DNA of 64,000 nucleotides from an uncultured Lachnospiraceae bacterium (GTDB lineage: Bacteria; Bacillota; Clostridia; Lachnospirales; Lachnospiraceae). The stretch covers positions 911 through 64,910 of the forward strand of contig CAJUAE010000009.1 of the NCBI GenBank assembly GCA_910583965.1, written 5' to 3'. The notes below the pieces were generated by a model that saw only the letters and a list, made by a program, of their open reading frames with translations, did no database searches and had not been told where the DNA came from. Positions within the stretch are counted from its first letter, which is position 1; the number at the start of each line of letters is the position of its first letter. This document shows positions 17,284 to 25,437 of this stretch, piece after piece. A program made the translations under genes and the position numbers.

Positions 17284-19485
17284 ATGAGAAATACTTTTGG
17301 GACAGTGATCTTTCCTTTTGTGATGTGTGTGGTATTTTGGCTGGTATGTCGTTCAAAATCAAAGGGGAAAAAAGTCGCAGCACTCATAATGATTTTAACC
17401 ACTGCTGTTGAATTGATAGCAGCATTGAGTCTGATGTACTTTGACTTGCGGGGAATGTTGTCTGGCATCTGCGAAATTGCAGGGGTAAGTAGTCTTGGAT
17501 TGCATTTTATGTACACAGGATTTCGCGGCATATTTGGAGCGGTGACTGCTTTTGCCTGGTTTATGACAGCGCTGTTTTCATATACATTTATGAAAAATGA
17601 CATCAATGTCATAAGATATGATATCTTTAATTTGCTGACGCTTGGCGCAACAATGGGTATCTTTTATGCCGCTGATTTGTTTACTTTGTTTTTTTTCTTT
17701 GAGATGATGTCATTCACTTCTTTTATGTGGGTGGCACATAGGCAGACGCGCACATCACTGTATGCTGCTGGAACTTATCTTGGAATTGCGATTGCAGGTG
17801 GCATGGCAATTCTAATGGGGCTTTTTATTGTGTATGAACGACTTGGAACGCTCTACTTTGATGAGATGTATGGGCATGCTGTAGCGTTGATGGAGCGCGG
17901 TGAAAACCTTGGGTGGCTTTATGCAGCGGCGGGATGCATGTTTGTGGGTTTTGGTGCGAAGGCAGGAGCTTTTCCAGTACATGTGTGGCTTCCTGATTCG
18001 TACACAGAGGCACCTGCACCTGCGACAGCGCTTCTGTCGGCAGTGCTAAGTAAGACAGGGATATTTGGTATTTTGTTGCTGACACTGGATGTATTGCCGA
18101 CACAGGGCGGCTGGGGAGCATTTTTGTTAATTGTCGGTGTGGTTACAATGGCGGCGGGTGGTATTCGTGGAGTAATGTGTGGCAATCTCAAGACAACGCT
18201 TGCATATTCTTCTATGTCACAGATTGGATTTATTTTGACTGGTGTCGGAATGCAGTCGCTTTTAGCAGAGTTTTTGACAGTGTCTGCTGGTGCAGGAGAT
18301 GCGAGCTCCGAAAAAGTATCGGAGATTGTTACAGTGTTTGGCATGGCAGTGAATGGAACCTTTCTTCACATGTTAAATCACTCTCTTGTAAAGCTTATTT
18401 TGTTTATGGCAGCAGGGATAATTTTTACGCATGTGGGCAGTTATGACTTAAATCAAGTGCGTGGTTTTGGGCGCAAAAAACCATTTCTGCTAATAACGTT
18501 TGTGCTTGCAGCGGCAGGGGTAGGAGGCATTCCTCTGCTGAATGGTTATGTGAGCAAGACACTTTTGCATGAAAGTATTGTCGAGTATGGAGCGTTGATT
18601 GCACTTATGGCGACAGACAGCACAGTGATAGCTGCTACTCCAGTGATGATAAAAGTTTCAGAGGGATTGTTTTTGTTTTCTGGCGGACTGACAGTTGCTT
18701 ATATGACAAAACTTTTTATCGTATTGTTTATTGAGAAAAATAGTGACAAAAAAGTACAAGAATCTTATGATGCAAAAAAGAACTATATGTCAATGTTGAC
18801 AAAAGTGGCAATCGGTGTCTGTGCATTGCCAATTCCACTAATTGGAATCTTACCCAATATGGTTGCAAAGCCAATTGCTGAATATGGACTGGTACAGTTT
18901 GGGTTAAGTGCATTGTTAGAACATCATCAGGAGAATATGCACTATTATTCAATGGAAAATCTTTCTGGGGCGTTAATTTCTATTATTGTCGGTGCGATTG
19001 TATATTTGTTGATAGTGCGGTTTTGGATGTTGGGTAAATTCTTTTCCAATAAGCATGAGAACGGATATCGTGAGCTTTTTCCAACATGGCTTAATGTAGA
19101 AAAATATGTATATAGAGCAGTGTTTTATAGAGCAGTGCCATTTGTATTAGGGATTGTTGCAAGAATTTTGGATAGCATTGTGGATACGATTGTTGTATTG
19201 CTTCGGAAAATAACTTATCGTGACCGCGCACTGCCTTATGAGCTGCCAGAAGGAAATTATATCACACATACTATCGGGATTAGTATGGAACGTGTTCGGT
19301 TGCTGTATTATGCGGTGATGCGCAAAGAAGGTTATACGCCAAAAAATTATGCGCATAAGTTTGCAATGAAAAATATCGATCTTTTTGAAAACTTTCATAT
19401 TATTGAGCGCAGTTTATCATTTGGATTGTTTATGTTCTGTGTGGGACTTGTGTTGACTATGATTTATTTGTTGGTAGTGAATTAA
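17284..19485 (+). CDS. large antiporter-like subunit (MrpA/NuoL-like) with long C-terminal extension
   Basis: Motifs KAGAFPVHVWLPDSYTEAP and HMLNHSLVKLILF, plus ~250 aa of C-terminal helices. ATG 17284 behind AAGGAGGGG. Confidence 0.88.
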   Translation: MRNTFGTVIFPFVMCVVFWLVCRSKSKGKKVAALIMILTTAVELIAALSLMYFDLRGMLSGICEIAGVSSLGLHFMYTGFRGIFGAVTAFAWFMTALFSYTFMKNDINVIRYDIFNLLTLGATMGIFYAADLFTLFFFFEMMSFTSFMWVAHRQTRTSLYAAGTYLGIAIAGGMAILMGLFIVYERLGTLYFDEMYGHAVALMERGENLGWLYAAAGCMFVGFGAKAGAFPVHVWLPDSYTEAPAPATALLSAVLSKTGIFGILLLTLDVLPTQGGWGAFLLIVGVVTMAAGGIRGVMCGNLKTTLAYSSMSQIGFILTGVGMQSLLAEFLTVSAGAGDASSEKVSEIVTVFGMAVNGTFLHMLNHSLVKLILFMAAGIIFTHVGSYDLNQVRGFGRKKPFLLITFVLAAAGVGGIPLLNGYVSKTLLHESIVEYGALIALMATDSTVIAATPVMIKVSEGLFLFSGGLTVAYMTKLFIVLFIEKNSDKKVQESYDAKKNYMSMLTKVAIGVCALPIPLIGILPNMVAKPIAEYGLVQFGLSALLEHHQENMHYYSMENLSGALISIIVGAIVYLLIVRFWMLGKFFSNKHENGYRELFPTWLNVEKYVYRAVFYRAVPFVLGIVARILDSIVDTIVVLLRKITYRDRALPYELPEGNYITHTIGISMERVRLLYYAVMRKEGYTPKNYAHKFAMKNIDLFENFHIIERSLSFGLFMFCVGLVLTMIYLLVVN

Positions 19486-19606
19486 GGTATAAAGTCTTTT
19501 GGGTTTAATATTTCGAGAAGATTTGAAGATGTTATTTGTAGAAAAGTGGGTTACTTTTTACGGGCTAGAAATGTGTAAGTACTATATATCTTGTGAGATA
19601 TTAAGT

Positions 19607-19656
19607 ATACCAGATGATTCGAGAGAAACTATCTCTGGAATTGTCTGGTATTTTTA
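19607..19656 (+). terminator. intrinsic terminator of the mrp cluster
   Basis: ATACCAGA...TCTGGTAT followed by TTTTT. Confidence 0.7.
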
Positions 19657-19729
19657 TGTACACGGGCGCAGAAAATAGGTCACTAAAATAGTATATGGGA
19701 GCGACGAGTAAAAGAATGAGCAAAAAAGA

Positions 19730-19758
19730 TTGACATATATAGACAATCGATATATAAT
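19730..19758 (+). promoter_or_regulatory. consensus SigA promoter TTGACA-17-TATAAT
   Basis: TTGACA 19730-19735 and TATAAT 19753-19758, upstream of the padR-like gene. Confidence 0.7.
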
Positions 19759-19769
19759 CAAAAATATAA

Positions 19770-19788
19770 TATATAGACTATCTATATA
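19770..19788. promoter_or_regulatory. 8-3-8 palindrome TATATAGA-CTA-TCTATATA, candidate PadR operator
   Basis: Perfect inverted repeat just downstream of the -10 box. A related half-site, ATATATAGACAATCGATATATA, overlaps the promoter spacer. Confidence 0.5.
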
Positions 19789-19851
19789 TAGAGTCGATGG
19801 TGGGAAAACTTAGAAAATTTATTTAACGATTTTAAAAGAAAGGAGTTTCAA

Positions 19852-20178
19852 ATGGCAGTTGACAAATCATTAATATCAGGGAGTACATCTATGTTAATTT
19901 TGCGTCTATTGGAGGATAGGGATATGTATGGTTATGAGATGATTGAGACGCTCGAGGAAAAGTCAAACAATGTATTTACTTTAAAGGCGGGAACACTCTA
20001 TCCGCTTCTGCATGCCCTTGAGGAAAAAAATTATCTAACTTCATATGAGTGTGAGGCGAATGGAAAGGTACGCAAATATTACAGCATTACAAAAGGTGGC
20101 AAAAAATATCTCAAATCAAAAAAAGAGGAGTGGAACGAATACCAGACAGCAGTTTTAAATGTGCTAGGTATGGCATAA
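19852..20178 (+). CDS. PadR family transcriptional regulator
   Basis: 108 aa; PadR wHTH (MYGYEMIETLEE...GTLYPLLHALEEKNYL...RKYYSITKGG). Confidence 0.9.
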   Translation: MAVDKSLISGSTSMLILRLLEDRDMYGYEMIETLEEKSNNVFTLKAGTLYPLLHALEEKNYLTSYECEANGKVRKYYSITKGGKKYLKSKKEEWNEYQTAVLNVLGMA

Positions 20179-20211
20179 AAGATAAATTTAAATGGAAAGG
20201 AGAAATATGAT

Positions 20212-21495
20212 ATGGAAGAATTTATTAAAACATTAACGGAACAAATCCGTTGCGTTAGAGCGCGGGAAGGTGTGGCACGTGAGCTTTCCAATCATATTAT
20301 CGATCAGACGGAAGCGTATGAGCGAACGGGTATGACGCATGATCAGGCGCTTGAGCGAGCGGTGCATGAGATGGGCGACCCAGTGGAAATTGGTATTTCT
20401 ATGGATAGAATCCATCGGCCACAGACTGACTGGAAAATGTTGGTGCTTACAGTGTTTTTAAGTGCCGCAGGGCTTGTGTGTATGATACCAGTTTTTGGGA
20501 TAAATTATATAATTTCCAGACAGTTGATTTTTACGCTTGCTGGATTTGGAGTTATCATCGCAGTCTATTTTTTAGACTATAGTATTTTGGGACGAACTGG
20601 GATTGCAGCAGGTATGATATTAACAGGAATATTTTTGTTAGGGAAACATTATTATTTTCAGACTATCAATGGACGGATACCAGCAATGTCAAGTCTAGTA
20701 TATCTGTATGTACCTATATTTGCAGGAATCTTGTATCAGCTGCGCAAAAAGAAGGCGAAAGCTGTAATTTTGGCAATCGGGACTATTGGAATAATTTGTA
20801 TGTTGACATTCTATTTTTCACACAGTTTAACGGTGGCAGGCAATATTTTTTTGTGCATGATAGTTTTACTTATTGCTTCAGTTGCAAAAGGAATGTTTGT
20901 CAAAGGTAAAAAGTATATCGCTAGATGCATTGGTTTTGTGGTAATTTTACTGACTGTGTTTTTTGGCTGGCTATTTTGGTCAAATAGAGATTCACTTCAC
21001 GTTCTGCGCCTTGTCGCATTTTTTAATCGAAATCAGTATCAGGAGGCAGAAGGATATTTTTACAAAATAATTCGAGATGTTCTGTATGGTTCTAAATTGA
21101 TAGGAACTGGCAATATTGCATATTTTGATGATTATTATTTTCCGGGGCTTAAAGAGGGGGGATTGGTGCCACTAGTGATTATCTATCGTTTTGGTTTTAT
21201 TGTGGGAATTGTACTTTTGCTTTTGTTAATCGGTTTTATTTTGCGCGCAATCCATATTGTATATCGTCAGAAAAATCAGCTTGGTGTTTTGGTGTCCTTG
21301 GCATGTTTTCTTGTGCTTGGTGTCAATTGTGTTGAGGGAGTTTTAATCAGTGTTGGATTGTTTCCAATCACAACAGCCGCAATTCCGTTTTTGACACACG
21401 GAGGTAGTACGGTACTTGTCTATGCAGTGCTGATTGGATTGCTTTTCAGTGTTCATCGTCGTGAAAAGATACTTACACAGGAGGTAATGGAATAA
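20212..21495 (+). CDS. membrane protein: PadR-associated N-terminal helical domain fused to a divergent FtsW/RodA/SpoVE (SEDS)-like domain
   Basis: N-terminal ~75 aa resemble the permease-prefix/DUF1700-type domain (LSNHIIDQTEAYERTGMTHDQALERAVHEMGDP). This is followed by ~9 TM helices and a C-terminal PFLTHGGSTVLVY SEDS signature. Confidence 0.6.
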   Translation: MEEFIKTLTEQIRCVRAREGVARELSNHIIDQTEAYERTGMTHDQALERAVHEMGDPVEIGISMDRIHRPQTDWKMLVLTVFLSAAGLVCMIPVFGINYIISRQLIFTLAGFGVIIAVYFLDYSILGRTGIAAGMILTGIFLLGKHYYFQTINGRIPAMSSLVYLYVPIFAGILYQLRKKKAKAVILAIGTIGIICMLTFYFSHSLTVAGNIFLCMIVLLIASVAKGMFVKGKKYIARCIGFVVILLTVFFGWLFWSNRDSLHVLRLVAFFNRNQYQEAEGYFYKIIRDVLYGSKLIGTGNIAYFDDYYFPGLKEGGLVPLVIIYRFGFIVGIVLLLLLIGFILRAIHIVYRQKNQLGVLVSLACFLVLGVNCVEGVLISVGLFPITTAAIPFLTHGGSTVLVYAVLIGLLFSVHRREKILTQEVME

Positions 21496-21650
21496 GTTGT
21501 CTATATAATTTTTGCCAATGAGTGACTTTTGCTTGATGTTAAGAATGTAAGATAGGCTGTAGCTTAGCATCTGCGGAGGCATATGGAAATGATTTTAAGA
21601 ATAGAACTGTTACAGCAGGAACTTACCAACTATAAAATGCTGACAGTTAA

Positions 21651-21683
21651 CCCCCTAACAGTTATAATCGTTAGGGGGTTTTT
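21651..21683 (+). terminator. intrinsic terminator
   Basis: CCCCCTAAC-loop-GTTAGGGGG followed by TTTTT. Confidence 0.8.
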
Positions 21684-21727
21684 ATGCACACGGACGCACA
21701 CGAATACCCAAGTGAAATTTGTCAGTA
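21683..21727 (+). repeat. uninterrupted post-terminator box (empty site of the two-hairpin insertion)
   Basis: TATGCACACGGACGCACACGAATACCCAAGTGAAATTTGTCAG. It matches the sequence flanking the insertions at 8901, 31053 and 55270. Confidence 0.7.
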
Positions 21728-21773
21728 ATATCTTGTAGGTTAAATACAATATAATTTAAAGAGACAATCCCAA

Positions 21774-21802
21774 TTGAAGTGTGTTTGGTTTCATGTTATA
21801 AT
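21774..21802 (+). promoter_or_regulatory. SigA-type promoter TTGAAG-17-TATAAT
   Basis: TTGAAG 21774-21779 and TATAAT 21797-21802, about 385 nt upstream of the next start codon. Confidence 0.5.
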
Positions 21803-22010
21803 AATCTCCATATATCATATAAATCTCCATTCCGCCGCCTTTCAGTTGGCGGCACAAATAGTTATGAAAGTGGTTCACACCTTCAAGTTTTCGTGTTATA
21901 ATAGATCCGATTTTATAAGGCATTCCCGGCATCAATGTCAGATGCCCCCACCCATTTGTTGTTGATGTGCAGGTGCGCCTCTTTTATCAAGGTGGGAATA
22001 CTCTTATTCA

Positions 22011-22040
22011 GGTTCACAGTGTGAGCCTTGTTTTTGTATC
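22011..22040 (+). terminator. candidate leader terminator/attenuator
   Basis: GGTTCAC-AGT-GTGAGCC followed by TTGTTTTTGTATC, located inside the long leader. Confidence 0.4.
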
Positions 22041-22186
22041 TATTTCACGTTTTTGGCTTAATTTACTTTCTTTCACACTATCTCTTAAAGTTTTCTTTGT
22101 ACTTGCCTTTGCGGCGGATAGGAAAATTCCTTGCAAATTTATACAAAGAACTTTGGAGTGTTATAAATAAAATAAGGAATGAAAAT

Positions 22187-23371
22187 ATGGAACAGAGTTT
22201 AAAAAAATATGTAACAACATGGGGAAATGCGATTTCAATTGCGGACAGGCGCCCGGAAAACTATGCTAAGGATTTGACGTTACGTTATCCAATTCGTCCA
22301 ATGTTTGACGGAGATAGTATAAAAATAACCCTTGATAATTTCTGTGGTACAGAGCCTGTGACAATAACTCGTGTGTTTGTGGCAGACAGTGCGGACTCTG
22401 CGCGCGCGATTGTGGAGGAGACTAGCACGCCTGTCACATTTTGCGGCGATAGCAGTGTGACCATACCAGCAGGGGAAGCGATAGTAAGCGATGCAATTCC
22501 TTTTTCTGTTGTGCGCGGAAATGACATTAGTGTCAGTTTTTATCTTGGTGAATTTACACAGATGCGCTCTGCAGTATTGATTACAGGTCCATTATCCAAG
22601 GGATATTATGCGGTGGGAGATTATGCGCAGCGCAGTGTGTTACCATTAGATTTTACAAGAAATACAAACTGGTTTTATTTTTTAAGTAATGTGGAATTAT
22701 ATACAGAGAGCACAAACAGGGCAGTGATTTGCTATGGAGATAGTATTACCTCACAGGCATGGCCTGATTATTTGACATTGCGATTATTTCAGGAAGACAT
22801 TACACATACTGCGATTGTGCGACGTGCAGCAAGCGGAACACGTATTTTGCGACAGTATGATAATATTACTTACGATTCTTATGGATTAAAAGGTTCAATT
22901 CGATTTCCAAGAGAGGCAAAAGTAAGCGGTGCGGACAGTATTATTATACAGCATGGAATTAACGATATTATTCATCCAGTAGGGACAGAGGTCAATCCAT
23001 TTCGGCCGTGGAGTGATTTGCCGACAGCAGATGAGTTGATTCAAGGGTTGCGGCAATATATCACACAGGCAAAGGAATATGGACTTAAAGTATATATGGG
23101 AACGTTGCTTCCAATCTATGGCTGGCGAACCTATGAGCCGTTTCGAGATGAACTTCGCTGTGCAGTAAATGAGTGGATTCGCAAGACAGCAGAAATTGAA
23201 GGATGTATTGACTTTGATAAAGCACTTTGTGACAGTGCCAATCCGGCGGCATTTGCAAAGGAGTATGACAGTGGGGACCACCTGCATCCATCTTTGGCAG
23301 CATATGAGCGTATGGCGGCGGAAGTGCCAGAAAGTCTTTTAAGGTTACTGTCCATTTGTCCACCAAAATAA
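22187..23371 (+). CDS. SGNH/GDSL-family hydrolase (esterase) with N-terminal beta-rich domain
   Basis: Block I VICYGDSITS and block V DSGDHLHPS. ATG 22187 behind AAGGAA; the ORF-track start at 22028 is a spurious extension. Confidence 0.85.
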   Translation: MEQSLKKYVTTWGNAISIADRRPENYAKDLTLRYPIRPMFDGDSIKITLDNFCGTEPVTITRVFVADSADSARAIVEETSTPVTFCGDSSVTIPAGEAIVSDAIPFSVVRGNDISVSFYLGEFTQMRSAVLITGPLSKGYYAVGDYAQRSVLPLDFTRNTNWFYFLSNVELYTESTNRAVICYGDSITSQAWPDYLTLRLFQEDITHTAIVRRAASGTRILRQYDNITYDSYGLKGSIRFPREAKVSGADSIIIQHGINDIIHPVGTEVNPFRPWSDLPTADELIQGLRQYITQAKEYGLKVYMGTLLPIYGWRTYEPFRDELRCAVNEWIRKTAEIEGCIDFDKALCDSANPAAFAKEYDSGDHLHPSLAAYERMAAEVPESLLRLLSICPPK

Positions 23372-23509
23372 TAAAATCGTGTGTCAAAATGTTCACATAT
23401 TAGTATTTTGCGTGCGAGTATGTTGGCTATACTTTTGTTGAACGAAATGATACCAAAATCAGGTGCGCATAAACAGTAATTTTTAAAAGCAATATAAGGA
23501 GACATAAAA

Positions 23510-24100
23510 ATGCCCACATTACTATTTATCAATGCATGTGTGCGTGGTAGAGATTCAAGAACATTAGTTTTGGCAGAGCATCTACTTGCATGTATCAAGG
23601 AAGCAAACAGTCAGGACATGGCATTTCAAATAGAAGAAATCCGTCTTTCTACAGAAAATTTGCTTCCGCTAAACTATGAACGACTTTTGCGTAGAGAGGA
23701 ACTTCTAGCAGCCGGTCAGCTTGGGGATTCTATGTTTGATTATGCCAATACGGTTGCACAGGCGGATATGTTAGTAATTGCAGCACCCTACTGGGATATG
23801 TCATTTCCAGCTTCTCTAAAGATATTTTTTGAGGCGGCAAGCGTGGAGGGAATTACATTTACATATGCTAAGGACGGAACTCCTGTTGGGTTGAGTGCAG
23901 CGGATGATATGTATTACGTGACAACCAGCGGAGGCTATATTGGAGACTGTAATTTTGGCTTTGAGTATGCCAGTGCACTCTGTAAACTTTATGGTATACA
24001 AAATACACATTTTGTCAGTGCACAGGGGCTGGATCTTGATGGAGCAGATGTACAGGCGATTTTAGAGGAAGCCTGCAACGGGGAGATACAACATTATTGA
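23510..24100 (+). CDS. flavodoxin-like-fold NAD(P)H-dependent oxidoreductase (AzoR/AcpD-like)
   Basis: N-terminus MPTLLFINACVRGRDSRT, with size and pattern of the Flavodoxin_2 family. Confidence 0.7.
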   Translation: MPTLLFINACVRGRDSRTLVLAEHLLACIKEANSQDMAFQIEEIRLSTENLLPLNYERLLRREELLAAGQLGDSMFDYANTVAQADMLVIAAPYWDMSFPASLKIFFEAASVEGITFTYAKDGTPVGLSAADDMYYVTTSGGYIGDCNFGFEYASALCKLYGIQNTHFVSAQGLDLDGADVQAILEEACNGEIQHY

Positions 24101-24113
24101 TGGAGGTGGCTTT

Positions 24114-25406
24114 GTGGAAGCAATGGAGGAACTTGCGGCAAAAGTTTGGAGACTGTCGCGTGATAGACTTTTGATTCATCTGCGTTTTCTTGATGTGGCG
24201 CTTTCTAGCCTAGAATTTCAGGCACAATCGGGAAGTGGACAAGTTTTGTGTGATATGAGTGTACCAAGAGCAGTGGTAATTTTTTATGACCCAGCAGTGC
24301 TACTTCGGCTTTATAAGACCAATCCAAACAATGTTACAAGGTTGCATTTGCATATATTACTACATTGCATTTTTGGACATTCCTACAAGTATGATAAGGT
24401 GGAACAGGAATTGTGGAATATTGCGGCAGATATGGCGGTGGAAAATACAGTGCTAGGATTGCAAGTTTCTGGACTTGAGACAGAGCGTGACGAGGAGCGT
24501 CGAGAGATACTTGATCAGTGGAGAAAGTGTGCAGGAGCGTTAACTGCAGATAGAATCTATAGGAAATTGAAAGAGAACAGGCTAAAAAGTGAGGAATTGC
24601 TGGCGCTGGAAAGCCTTTTTTGCCGCGATGTGCATGACCGCTGGAAACCAGCAGAGACACTTGAGATAACAGAGGCGCAGTGGAAAAAAATTAGCGAGCG
24701 TATTCGGGCTGAATTAAAATCATTTTCAGGAGATAAATCGGATGATAAAAGTCTGTTGCAAAATCTTGAGGAGGCAGTGAAAGAAAACTACGATTATGGG
24801 GACTTTCTGCGAAAATTTAGCGTGTCTGGTGAGGAGATACAGATCAATGATGATGAATTTGATTATGTATATTATATGTATGGATTATCACTTTACGGAA
24901 ATCTTCCGTTAGTAGAGCCACTTGAGTATAAAGACATCAACAAAATTAAAGAGTTTGTGGTGGCTATTGACACATCTGGTTCCTGCCGCGGAAGCATAGT
25001 ACAAGCGTTTTTAAACAAAACGTATCATATACTAAAAAGCAGCGAAAATTTTTTTCGCAAAGTTAATATTCATATTTTGCAATGTGATTCAGAAGTGCGT
25101 CGTGATACGAAGATTACAAATGATGAAGAATTTGAGTGTTTTATGCGGGAAGGGCAACTGGAAGGATTTGGGTCTACTGACTTTCGGCCCGTGTTTGACT
25201 ATGTGGATAAAGCTGTGGAAAGTGGAGCGTTTGAAAATCTAAAAGGGTTAATTTATTTTACAGATGGATATGGTGTGTTTCCGGCACAGAAACCGTCACA
25301 TGGTTATGATACAGCATTTGTGTTTCTGGAAGACAATTATGAGAAACCGCCAATACCACCATGGGCAATCAAGCTTGTACTTCCAGTGGAGGAGCTTGAG
25401 GAATGA
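24114..25406 (+). CDS. VWA-domain protein with N-terminal metallopeptidase-like domain (DUF2201-like)
   Basis: C-terminal VWA domain with MIDAS VVAIDTSGS. The N-terminal region carries HILLHCIFGH where the family has an HExxH-like motif. GTG 24114 lies 6 nt after GGAGGT. Confidence 0.75.
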   Translation: MEAMEELAAKVWRLSRDRLLIHLRFLDVALSSLEFQAQSGSGQVLCDMSVPRAVVIFYDPAVLLRLYKTNPNNVTRLHLHILLHCIFGHSYKYDKVEQELWNIAADMAVENTVLGLQVSGLETERDEERREILDQWRKCAGALTADRIYRKLKENRLKSEELLALESLFCRDVHDRWKPAETLEITEAQWKKISERIRAELKSFSGDKSDDKSLLQNLEEAVKENYDYGDFLRKFSVSGEEIQINDDEFDYVYYMYGLSLYGNLPLVEPLEYKDINKIKEFVVAIDTSGSCRGSIVQAFLNKTYHILKSSENFFRKVNIHILQCDSEVRRDTKITNDEEFECFMREGQLEGFGSTDFRPVFDYVDKAVESGAFENLKGLIYFTDGYGVFPAQKPSHGYDTAFVFLEDNYEKPPIPPWAIKLVLPVEELEE

Positions 25407-25437
25407 AAAAGAATGAAAAAAGAAAGGGAGATTGCGC

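Noticed and set aside
14682-18344. Numerous 60-146-aa antisense or out-of-frame ORFs inside the mrp genes (e.g. 16542..16982, 17181..17612, 17919..18344), and similar ones inside other long genes
   Set aside because: They are embedded in strongly supported membrane-protein genes on the opposite strand or in another frame. They have low-complexity or unbiased composition and no RBS. These are typical shadow ORFs.
21540-21650. Possible degenerate third and fourth copies of the three-hairpin element. CTTAGCATCT and GAACTGTTAC 10-mers occur at about 21567-21625. TTTAGCCTGGG occurs at 52059-52070, resembling the B1 5' end.
   Set aside because: Only short 10-11-nt matches are present. The characteristic hairpins and linkers are not recoverable, so the evidence is too weak to call.
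21830-21960. Minus-strand open frame without a start codon, ending …LIKEAHLHINNKWVGASDIDAGNAL*; possible gene relic
   Set aside because: It is only ~37 codons with no start and no recognisable family. It lies inside the region better explained as a long leader. A pseudogene cannot be supported without a database hit.
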